Source of the DNA: Lingula anatina
Lineage: Eukaryota > Animalia > Brachiopoda
Length of the DNA: 64,000 nucleotides
NCBI GenBank assembly: GCA_051362555.1
Contig: CM120640.1
Span: forward strand, 70,782,788 to 70,846,787
Direction: 5' to 3'
In this document: positions 28,975-41,200 of the stretch, piece by piece
Layout of the letters: each line of letters opens with the position of its first letter
Position numbering within the stretch: position 1 is the stretch's first letter
Made by a program: the position numbers and the translations under genes
The notes under the pieces: generated by a model
Seen by the model: the letters and a program-made list of their open reading frames with translations, nothing else
Told to the model about the DNA's origin: nothing
Databases searched by the model: none

Positions 28975-29131
28975 TGAAATTTCTGTAAAGTACCTGGTAG
29001 GCCTAGGCCCCATTCCTTTTCAAGATTGCGGCAAATGAACCAAATAACTCTCCCCGGATAAACTGCTAAGGCTGGATAGCCCCCATCCCCGACTGAGTAC
29101 TAGGCCTACCAGGTACTTTACAGAAATTTCA
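28975..29131. repeat. Perfect 32-bp inverted repeat with ~93-bp spacer (MITE-like)
   Basis: TGAAATTTCTGTAAAGTACCTGGTAGGCCTAG at 28975-29006 and its reverse complement at 29100-29131. Confidence 0.8.
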
Positions 29132-29192
29132 TATTGGAAACTTTTTCAGATGATTATGAGCCCGAGAGTTACGTGTGTGCAGGACTAATCAG

Positions 29193-29879
29193 GGGCCGGT
29201 TTCACAAAGCAGTAGTTAGTTAGCGATCGGTAGTTAGCCTCTCGCTAGTTATAGTGCCGTTTCACGAAGCAGTCGCTAGTTCTCTCGCTCGTTATTGTCT
29301 CGTTGTTGCCTTGGATATTTAACGACTGGTCAGACCAGTCGCTAACTCTAGAGTTTCATCGTACGCATGCGTAATGAGTGAAATAAAAAGGTTGCTTAGT
29401 TACCGCTGTCTGTCGTTTGTCTTTGTATCCAATATGGCGGCTACTTTTCTTGCTATCCGTACCGCCAGACGGCAACGTAGACTACGACGTTTTCATGAAA
29501 GGCAGAATCTATTAGAATATACACACGTTGATGCAATTTACGAGAGGTTGCGCCTAGCTGTGACAAAAAGAGCCGCAAAAAGGTGGTGGAGATCCTTTAC
29601 GACGACCTCAAAGCAGACGTTCTTATGCATTTCCAGCCACCAAAAATTGGAGAGTTAGTGCTTTCGTGACACTTTTACGCAAGAGTTCCACTTCCGGCAG
29701 ACGGTTTCGAGACTACGGTGAGTAACGAGAGAACTAACGACCGAACTTTACGACTGAACTTAGCGATGAGTTAACGACTGCTTCGTGAAACACCCCTCGA
29801 AAATCGCCAAGTTTGCTCGTTAGCGAGGTAGTTCAGTAGTTAGTTGTTCTAACTAACTACTGCTTTGTGAAACCGGCCC
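29193..29879 (+). mobile_element. PIF/Harbinger deletion derivative retaining the 5' end of the transposase
   Basis: TIRs GGGCCGGTTTCACAAAGCAGTAGT / ACTACTGCTTTGTGAAACCGGCCC; CAG/CAA flanks. Internal peptide MAATFLAIRTARRQRRLRRFHERQNLLEYTHVDAIYERLRL resembles HARBI1-type transposase N-termini. Confidence 0.75.
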
Positions 29880-30173
29880 CAAATTCGCAAGAAAACGCGA
29901 GAAATGCTGAGAAATGCGCCAACTAGCAAAATATGCACCCGACTTCCAACTCGTGCCGACGTTTCGTTTCGAAATTTTATGAATGAAACAAAGCCACGCC
30001 CATATCACCTTATTAGGATAAAACGTGCGCATGTGACTGTCGAAAACGAGGTCGCGTGACGTAAACTATAAACGCTGTAGCAGACGACAACAAATATGGC
30101 TGACATCGAGCACCTGGTTTCAGTTCTGTCTAGTTTTTTGTTTATTTAGATAGATAGCAATCAAGCAAGTATT

Positions 30174-33100
30174 ATGATCCATAACGAAATCGACAGAGAC
30201 GAAATGGAAACATTTCATTGGATCTACAGCCCTGGAAAAGTAATTAATAATTTAGGGACCATACAGAACGTTCCAATGGATATGTCAATGGGAAGACCGA
30301 GTGCGATATCGGCGGGAACAGATAGTGAAACTGACCAAATGATCACGCAGACCTCTTCACCCCAAGTACAAACTAGTGCCAATATCCACGTACGGGACAC
30401 ATCTACCTATATCAAAGTTGGGGACAAGACATGCGCTACACCTGAGAGGCAAAATAACATTTATAGAAAAAGAAAACGGAAACAGACACACTGCCCCAGA
30501 GTTCAAAGTGTAAATAATGAAGACTTAGAGTTTCAAGAGGTGAAAATTCCACTTTCGCCCAGTAATAAACAGGGTGGATATGGAGAAACTTTGCCCGTCA
30601 CCCCAAAGAAAAAGAAAGTAAAACAAAAGGGCAGTAATGAAAATTATAGTACAGAGCAATTACTGAGGGATTTGAATTTAAGCCCTGGATGCATCAGTGA
30701 AATAAACTTAAATTTAACTTCAGATATGATCCCAAAAGTTCTACCATCATTTCCAAGCCAGCAGCTAAATGATTGCAGTCCTGGTATGTATTCAAAATGT
30801 CACTTTCCAGCAAATGTTGTCACAAGTATTTTTTTCAATCAGTTATGTAACTTACAATCACATAATCATTTGTAATACTGTAAGCATATTTGTTGTATAT
30901 GTAAAATTCACATTTTCAGCAATTTTTCCTGGTGGGATTTCACCAGATGAAAGAACTCCCCAAAAAACGGAGGAAAGAAAAAAATCTATTGCATCAAAAA
31001 TGCGAACAAATAGGAGTGATTTGTACTTCACGAAGGTAAAAAATGAAGTTGTATAATCAATGAAAAGTAGAAAACAACAAAATTATGCAAAATTATTTAT
31101 GAAACGTGACATTCTCAAGTGTAAATGTATAAAAGACATCCAATGAAAATATGGTCGTTTTTAATATGATTGTTTAAATAATAAAAAAAATTCTAAAGCA
31201 AATTTTTGTTATTTGATTTAAACAAGCCCAGGTAAATACATTAGAATTGAACAATTGTAAAAAGATTGACAAATTGACAAAAAGATTTAACAAAAAGTGA
31301 AGAAGCATTTTGAATAGTAAATTTTTGGAGTGTTATGTATGGATAAGATATTTAAATTGTAATATGTATTTTTAGGAAATTTTGTAGTAAAACCTAACAC
31401 ATGATTACTTTGTAGGAAGAAGAATATGATGTTCATGAAAGAGCAGAGGCATATGTTGCTGCAGTTATGCCAGATCCACAATACTATCGGTTTCCAAGTC
31501 AACCAGAAGAAGATGATCCAAAAATAGAAAATAAAGAAAATGAACCATTTATCAAAGATGCTGTGCATTCTTCAGATGCTGGACAAAACATAAACTCTCC
31601 AACAAGAAAACGTCGACGTTCTTATGGGCACTCAATCTGCCGTGTCACACACAGACCTGATGGTCGACTGCATGATATGAATGACAACAGTTATTTACTG
31701 CCTGAAGGTATTGTTTTGTTTTTTTTTTTTACCTTACATTTTGCAGCATCTAGATGCCATATTCAGGCTGTAAAATGTTGCTTGACATAGAATTTGGTGT
31801 ACAGAGATTTGCACAAGTAAGATTTCTAACACACTGCAAGCCCTGTGTGTCTTGACTTTCTTTTCTAATCTGGCAATCAAAAACATTGTAAGGTTTCAAA
31901 GAATTAATGTTTTCAAAACATTTAAATGGCAATGCAACTGAGGATAATAAATTTGCCCATGGAATTTGATCAGATTAAAAAACAGACCTACAGTCTCCCT
32001 AAATGCTAAATTTTTGTCATCATTTCAGGAAGCAGACTTTTCAAGCCACCAAACAAACTGGTGGAACTTGTAGCTCAAGCAATAGCAGATAGTCCTGATG
32101 GCCTCTTACAAGTGCAACAAGTTTATCATGCTCTGATGTAAGTTTACTAATAGAGAAAATTAACCAGATTTTTATGAAAAATTCACAATTTACAGTTGTG
32201 GAAAAAAAAAACATTGGGCCTTTAACAATTTTCCAAACTAACTAGTAATCATGCAATCTTTATAGTTTCATACTAAAAATATAAGTTGCTTTTGTGAAAC
32301 AACATTATTCTTCACACGACAAATGAAATTTGCATCCCAAAAAAAGGACATTTTTTTCTACACACTAATCATTGATCAACCCTTTCTGGGATTTGATGTT
32401 TTATACCATTTTTAATTAGATTACTTATTTCTGTAAGTTTCCCATAGCATTTAGAATACCATGTCTTTCTGTGCATTTCAGAAGGAAATATTGACAACAA
32501 ATGCTTTTATTTCAGTGGTTTTATCATTTTTAATGTCTAATTGGGAAAGATAATAGGTTTGCAGGATATGTAGACATGGGAAATACACCTTTGGGGCATT
32601 TTCAGATGCAGATAGTGAACTGCCTTTTAGCTAAATGCACAGTTAGATGCATTCCTTGCATTTTACTTTGCATTATGAACAGGGCAATTATTTCATTAAT
32701 GTTGGCTGTCTAAAAAATAATAAAAATCATTAAGATTCTTTCGCTTCATGAATTTCCAACTGTCAGATAAAGTTATGAGGTCTGGCACAATAAATTCAGA
32801 ACTACTCATTTGTAGCCAATTATTTTTGATTTTCGTAGCAAGGCTCTCTGAAATGCAATATTTACCTTTCCTTTGCCTTTCAGATTTTTTAAGTTGTAAA
32901 TATTTTGATGTTCCAAGTAAAAATTATGTTCTTATATAATTGTTTGTTTTACTTGACAGGAATAAATATCCCTACTTCAGATTTATGGAAAAGTGCTCAA
33001 TTAACAGCTGGAGGGTAATTAGTATTTAAACCATTTTAATTTGTAATTAATTAAATTAAGAATTAAAAAGAAATCTCTCAAACTTCACATGCAGTAGCTT

Positions 33101-34565
33101 ACATACATTTTTTTAAATACTTAAATTGCCATATGTTCACTATTCTGGTTAAAGAACATGTTTACCAACAATGTCATATTGATTTACATCAGAGTTCAAT
33201 AAGACATGCTCTCTACCAGAAGTGGTTTCGTAAAATGCGGTTCAGTGCCGAATTTATTACAAGTAAGGGTTGCTACTGGGCCTTGAATCCAAGGCACTCA
33301 CCAAAAGAATGGACAATGCCAAGATCAAAGAACAGTAGAATAGGTAATGTCATATGGCTCACTGTTTGGCCTGTTGATTAAAGACAGTTAAGCTTAAACT
33401 CAAGAAGAAGTCATGTTCATCTTGTTAGTTTTGATTATACAAAATATAGGGGAAACTCTTATAAAGTCATTAATGAAGAATATAGTAGCAAATCATATGT
33501 ATGCTGATATAGAGGGAAGGTTTCAGACCTAGATTTACCACTATACTTACTTGTACCATTAAATGGCCATACATTTTATAAACAATTTTTCAGCGATAAT
33601 TGATGGCCTCTACAACATAGATTTCAACTTTTCTCAAGAAAGTGACACTGAGGATTCTTGCAGTTTCATTGATGACCAAGCTCTTGAGAATATGGCAGCT
33701 GTTGCTAGCATATCTGAAGAGAATATACCCAACCCTAAAGAAAAGGCAACTTTGGAACCTATGGATGCAGAGTTTACTGTAAGTGCTTAGCCATTTTGTT
33801 AGATGAAAATTTATTTTTAGCATGTATTTTGCTTGTTCAAACACCACAGTATACACATTTGTAAAACCAAACATTTTACAAGGATATCCTTAACAACATC
33901 AGAATACACAGATGTACCTGTACAGTGTATATAAGAGCAGATACATGTTTGTGCTAATTTTACTTTCCTGTTACATTACATTTCCAGGTGGCGGAGTCCA
34001 CAGAGAGTGGCCATGAGTTGACCACGGTGGATGTCAAGACTCCAGAATTAAAGGTTCCTCAGTATGTTACAACAGCACCAAACAGTGAGAGGGACCCAGA
34101 TCCTGTTCTAGCTGGAGCAGTGCCATTTACAGCATGTCATGAATCAGGTAGGTCATTTTTCAAGCTTAAAGCTGGCAAAAATGAAACAATTATGAAAAAT
34201 TCACATGCAAATATCCTTGATCTCCTCCTTACAAATGCCTGGTTGTTTCTCCAGTGCCAGCCCATGCCCCAGAAGCAGGGACGCCAAAGATGCAAACAAT
34301 GATGCAACAGATGTGTTCATGGCAGCAACAACCTGGCCCTGGTGGGGATGCTGGGGGATATTCTAACTGGGAATCCTCTTGGGAAGAGTATTCACACAAT
34401 ATACCCTACCAAGGCAATATTGTCCCGGGGACCAGCACATGCTACGTAGTACCATCTTATTACTCAGGGACATCCCCTGAGAATGGGTGTTCATTTGGTG
34501 TCAGCGGTGGACATTTTTACCCAGAACACAATTATGTGCATCCTTGGTATAAACCAACAAACTGA
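30174..34565 (+). CDS. Divergent forkhead-box (Fox) transcription factor, ~662 aa, 9 exons; class unassigned
   Basis: Exons 30174-30783, 30920-31035, 31416-31707, 32029-32137, 32960-33014, 33193-33343, 33594-33778, 33988-34147 and 34255-34565 total 1989 nt in frame. Domain reads KPPNKLVELVAQAIADSPDGLLQVQQVYHALMNKYPYFRFMEKCSINSWRSSIRHALYQKWFRKMRFSAEFITSKGCYWALNP. Confidence 0.85.
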
Positions 34566-35220
34566 AAGTATCAGCCAAAAATCTCATTTGCATTTTTTGA
34601 ATAATCAATTATGACATTCCTTTCTTTGGCTGTTCAGTTACATTTAAGTTCTTAAGGGCGATTTGTTAAAATGTAGACTTCTATTTTTCAAAAGAGTAAT
34701 TTGAAGTATTTATTTTACACTTGCTTACCCAATTAAAGGGCATGCTAGGGCAAATTACTTCAAAAAAAATTTTTGTTCAGATATACCAAGTGTAAATATG
34801 TTTAATTTTCGTAAAAATGCACTATTTTAACAGATTGAGCATGAAATAAGCATGTTAAAATAAGAAAGGCATTTCAAATGCTACACAATACACCCAAGTG
34901 ATTTTTTAATTGTTATGTTAATATATTTGTAATTGTTCAGATTTCATAAGAAAACAAACAACAGCACGATTTAGAAAATCAAAACTTTTTTTTTAATAAT
35001 TAGGCATATGTAATATTTTTCATAATTATGAGAAGTGAATAATAAGTATAATTCAAAATATTACACAATTTGTTATACAATTGGTCAGTGTAATCAGGGA
35101 GATCTCAAGATAGTGTCTCAAATATATATATATGCTAGATTTGCTGCTTGATATGTGTCTATAAAAACTGTGCTCAACGACAGAACATTTGCATCAGGTT
35201 CCAAGAGACTTCTTTTTCCC

Positions 35221-38200
35221 TTAGACACCCTCCAGCAATAAGGCAATTCCTTGACCACCTCCAATACAAGCTGATCCAATGGAATGTTTTGTTTTGCGGC
35301 GTCTGTAGGAATAAAAAATTGTCCTTTATATCATCAAAGTATTTTAGATTTATTAAAAAAAATTATATAATTTCAAATTTCATATTCAGATACAGCAGAT
35401 GTTAAACTGAAATGTCTTACCTCATTTCATACACCAAATGGGTAGTAATTCTTGTTCCTGAAGCCCCCACAGGGTGACCCAAGGCTATAGCCCCTCCATT
35501 GACATTGGTGATGTCTACATGCAGGCCAAGTTCTCGCTCTACAGCCAAATATTGTGCAGCAAAAGCTTCATTCACCTAAAAAACAAACCATACTGAGATT
35601 GTAAAAAAAAAAAAAAAAAAAAACCCGGCTCACTCAAACATTCAACAAAGAAACTTGCACAAAATATATATTTTACATAATGAAATCAATCATCAGATAT
35701 ATCATAACTGTTAATTTTGAAATAATCATAGCAACTACATATAGAAGTAATCCAGCAGCTACATAGTGCACCTACCTCTATCAAACCCATATCAGCCAGT
35801 TTCATTCCAGTTTTCTTCAGTAAACCCTCAATGGCTGGAACTGGGCCAATGCCCATAATATGTGGATCACAACCTATAAAGATGCATACAGGTAAAGTAG
35901 CATGTTTTCACACATTTCCTCAAGAAAAACCAATGCCTTAGTAGGTCAATTACTAACTGAAGGTTACAAAATTACAAAATATCTGTCGGTTTAGGAGACC
36001 ATATTATATATTTGTATGTCACATTAAATTGATTAACTTCATGAAATGGCCATTCTAGAAAAAGGGATTTCAGCAGCAGTCAGTCATTATTTTTCATCAG
36101 CAACTTAATGTTAGATGTGAGGACTAACCTGAAACATGGTATCCTGCCAACCTGGCCAGAGGGGTAAGATTGTGAGTCTTCACTGCTTCTTCACTAGCAA
36201 GCACAACAGCTGCTGCTCCATCACAGATACCCTGCAATATTATAAATCAAAAATGACAAAAACTTAGAATGGTTACAAAGTAACTTTAGCAATCAATACC
36301 CATAAATACATCAGTGTTAAGCAACTTTTCACATTTTATAAGCAAACAGTAGAAATGATCTCCAGTTGAAGTTGACAAAACGTTTTTTTTTTTCTGGTTG
36401 AAACATCTAGGATATTTATTTAAGCATTTACAAACTAATTAAAAGACCATAATAAAAAATATAATCTTCAGAAGTGAAAAAAAAAGTACTTACAGAAGCA
36501 TTTCCTGCAGTAACAGTGCCACCCTTCTTGAAGACAGGGGGTAACTTTTCCAATGCTTGCATTGTTGTTTGGCGTGGGTGTTCATCCCTCTCAAACAGTT
36601 CTTCTCCTGAAAAACAAAATCTAACATACAAACAACTGAAACAATGAGGGTACATACAAGTTAAAAAATAAACAATGACAACATCACTAAGGATGTAATG
36701 AGCTATTTTGATTTTCTAAAGTAGCACTTTATCTTTGCCATTTGTACCCAAGGTCCTCACTGACAAAAACAACTCAACCTGACAGTTCCAGTTCTCAAAG
36801 ATTTTTTTACTGCTGTTATCAAGAAATTATCCCATTGGTTGTTCTAATCTTAAGTCATAAGGAGCACTTTCCAATCAAAGGTCATATAGTGTAGATAACC
36901 TCTGCTTGTGGAGATGTCTTACCTTTCTTCCCTTCAAGCCTGACAGGCACAATTTCATCATCAAATTTCCTCAGTTCAGCAGCTGTTATAATGATACAAA
37001 AATATGTTTCAAACATTATTACCTGAATCAAATTTTAAATATAATCCAAATGTTATGTACTTAAAGTAGAGGTCCTCTTTTATAATGTATCTTTAATATT
37101 CATCTACCAAAACCATAACAAATGGCAAAAAAATAAATCAACAAAAAACAAAAGTATTTGGTTTTTACCTTCAGCCCATCGAAGCTGACTTCTTAAAGCC
37201 ACAGCATCACATTCTGCTCTTGTTATACCGTGTCTATCAGCCAAATTCTCTGCTGTCATACCCATGGGCGTCTTAATCTGCCAATCTGTGAGGGTCCCCC
37301 ACAAAGTGTCCTCAAGCTAATGGTGGAAAAGAAGATGGAATGTTCAGATGATAACTCACTTCAAAGACATGTATCCAAATGACTATTTCCAAGCTTCTAG
37401 GCCTCACTGACTAATCAAATAATTAAATATTTGGGAAACAGACACCATTAAAATCTTCTTCCTGTATATCTTTGTTACATATCTATTGTTTCATAGTTAA
37501 CATTAAAAAAAAAAGATCCCTTCATTTGAGATAATAATGACCAGGGCCCAGTTTTATAAAGGACGTTTAGCACTAACCAGTGGTTAAGCTTAACCAGTGG
37601 ATAAATTCTCCTAACACCATTAACTAAAAGATGGTCAAATTGTGTTTCATATACAGTATTCTGGCGGAAAACAGCCAATTAGTTAACTGGCCAGTGTTTA
37701 ACTGGATTAAATAATTATTTAAAGGTCAGTTAACTAACAGACTGTTAAGGTCTGGTTAGAGTTAAACAATGGTTAGTGCTAAACGTCCTTTATAAAACTG
37801 GGCCCAGCTCTTTTAAAAATGTATCGCTAATTATAATCAGATCCAACTACAATGTGTGTCAACTTCACCTTGTAATCAACCCCCAGCTGTGTACCAAATC
37901 TCATGTTCCTCAAGGCGTAAGGTGCCTGGCTCATGTTCTCTGACCCACCACACAGAACTACTTGACTTTCATTCAGTAAGATTTCCTACAATAAAATATC
38001 AACAACAAATGTTGAAGTCAGGTTGTCCATACACTGGAAAAACAGCATTGTGTAAGTCATCAAAATTAATGAAATCTTTATACTTTAAAAGTAATATCTT
38101 GTACATGTATGAAGTCAACAATACAGCAACTGACTGGAGTCTGCTGCTTCGTGTGCTTACTTTCACGAGCCCTATTTACCATGAAAACTGGCTGACCTTT

Positions 38201-41200
38201 TCTAGTTCATATATTCATTTACATGTGTTCCATTTACTACAAAAACTGGTTGAAGTCTACTGGTTTATACGTTAACTTACATGGGCTCCATTTATAATGG
38301 CCTGGAAGCCTGACCCACACAGTCTGTTGACAGTGAGAGCTGGGCTGCTGATGGGGACACCAATCCTAGTACCAACATGTCTGGAAATGTAGGCACCGTC
38401 AGCTGCACTCTGAAACAGACATTTTATAGGTCTTAAAATAAGAACAACAGCATAAAAGGTATCAACTGAACAGTGTTTGCCTCTTAGGAAAATTAGTTGC
38501 TGGACCGAAAGTTCAGCCATCTTGAGAAGTAGCTAGCTCGAATGTCTGCCGGGTGGGAAAACTTCTCAGCCCGTTCTGAAAGTTGTCAGCCCCGGGCAGA
38601 CGATCCAGCCTTAATTGTTAACACTGCAACTGAATATAATGATGTCATGAGCATTTCTATTAGTAATCATGTCCATTGAGAAGCATCTGTTGTGTACAGG
38701 TTTATATGATCTAAACTAAAGATAAAAAATTGTTTACTAGATATAAAGAACCAGCAGCACTGAAAACTGAAAACCCAAATGTGCCCATAAATATGGCACA
38801 TGTGCTAAGTTTACTTATGTGCCCATTTGGTGAGACTTTGTTGCACACTTAAATCTGCTGGGCATACATGTAAGTCAGCTTAGCACCCGCGCTTTTACTT
38901 CATGGGCAACTTTGGGGTGAAAAAAGCAAAAACATTGTTACTCTATGTTATTTTAAGTATACTGCATTTAAAAAAAGACATAAAATGCCAGAATTATCAA
39001 TGTTCTCAACATACTTCCATCTTAGACACTTAAAAGCTTAGTCATACCCATACTGTGGAGTGGACAAGTAAAGGACTACAGTTTTGTGCAGAGAAGGTGA
39101 CATTACGGATATGGATAAACTTACGTATCGCAAATTGCACATAATTACAGGGTAAACACAATAGGACACAATGCTTAGAGTAAGTCAGCTGGGGTAAGGG
39201 AAGTTTGTTGAGTTGGCCTCGTTTTAGGTGATGAGTGACAGCCTTAATTGCCACCTCTCCCTCTACCGATGCTGCTGAGTGACAGCTTTAATTGTCATCT
39301 CCCAAGTCCCAACCGCTTATCTGATTATCTGCCCGACTGCACACAATCATTGTTTATCTATATGTGGCACGCTTTCATCGTATTCGTCCTTCAGTTAGTA
39401 TTTAAAGCCTAGGTCCCAAATACGTTTTCCACACACGGTATTTTAGGTTCCTTGCGTCCGGCTAGGACGTAGCAAGATCGCACGTAGCGGCTGTTGATCA
39501 TGTCGAAAAGTTAAGCTTAGGTCCCAATTACGTTTTCCACGCACGGCTTTTAGGTTCCTTGCGTCCGGCTAGGACGTAGCAAGATCGCACGAAGCGGCTG
39601 TTGATCATGTCGAAAAGTTTCTACGTGCTGTTTGCGTCCTCCAAAAGTCGCACGATGGACGTGCTCCTCACGCACGAACTCCCACGTTTTCCCCCATTTT
39701 TTGGCCGTAGACCACGCATAGCAGCCCATACTTTCGGTTGGGATCTAGGCTTTATTTGATTCCCTCCCTGCGATTTAGCTACGCCCTAGACGGACGCAAG
39801 GAGCCTAAAAACCGTGCGTCCAAAACGTAGTTGGGACCTAGGTTTAAGATAGCATTTTCTCTCTTCACGATGTCTTGGTTCTCAAGGCTCGGTTACAAAT
39901 TAATGTCACTCCTAAAATTGTTTCAACAGGCGTTTTTGCTGCGCACATAGTTACAGTTTTTTTTTTTTTTTTGCTGTAAATTGTGTTGTAGATTTTGAAA
40001 TTCCCATGTGTTGTTGATTCTGAATATTGAAAATAAAGGAAGAACTAGAGGATCAGAGAGGCGATATCGCCTCCGAATATTGTACCACCAGCTGGAGCAA
40101 GCGCATTCATATAGACCCCCACATATACAAAATAAGGAACACAGCCACCAGTCTTGTGCTTGACAAGCTGTAAAAATGCAATCAACAAGAATTTTCAAAA
40201 TATGCAAAAAATATATATGTTACTAAAAATGGTACAATCAAAGTTAAGTTCATCGCAAGGTAGGTCAAAGGTCAATTCCAAGGTCACAGTAAATTGCCAG
40301 TATATGACTTCCTATTCAACTTCAATAGTAACTATGGGCCTATCTCTGCCAGGTTTGGAGTTAAAAGAGAAAGAAAATAGCAGAGTTCAGTTCATGATGA
40401 TAAGTAGTTCAAAGGTCAATTTCAAGGTCACACTTAGATTGCCAGTATATGACTTCCTATTCACGTTCAATAGTAACTATGGACCTATCTCTGCCAGTTT
40501 TGGAGATAAAGGGGAAGCAAACTATGCAAAGTTCAGTTCATGGTGAAAAGTAGGTCAAAGGTCAATTTTAAGGTCACTTTAAGATTGCCAGTATATGACT
40601 TCCTATTCAACTTCAATAGAGACTATGGACCTATCTCTGCCAGTTTTGGAGATAAAAGGGAATCAAAATTTGCAAAGTTCAGTTCATGGTGAAAAGTAGG
40701 TCAAAGGTCAATTTTAAGGTCACATGTAGATTGCCAGTATATGACTTCCTGTTCAAGTTCAATAGAGACTATGGACCTATCTCTGCCAGTTTTGGAGATA
40801 AAAGGGAAGCAAAATTTGCAAAGTTCAGTTCATGGTGAAAAGTAGGTCAAAGGTCAATTTTAAGGTCACATTTAGATTGCCAGTATATGTCTTCCTATTC
40901 AACTTCAATAGTAACTATGGACCTATCTCTGCCAGTTTTGGAGATAAAAGGGAAGCAAAATTTGCAAAGTTCAGTTCTTGGTGAAAAGAAGGTCAAAGGT
41001 CAATTTTAAGGTCACATTTGGATTGCCAGTATATGACTTCCTATTCAACTTCAATAGTAACTATGGACCTATCTCTGCCAGTTTTGGAGATAAAAGGGAA
41101 TCAAAATTTGCAAAATTCAGTTCATGGTGTAAAGTAGGTCAAAGGTCAATTTTAAGGTCACATTTAGATTGCCAGTATATGACTTCCTATTCAACTTCAA

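Noticed and set aside
30096-30149. Upstream ATG extending the Fox protein
   Set aside because: In-frame TAG at 30147-30149; bypassing it needs a 33-nt intron, which is implausibly short.
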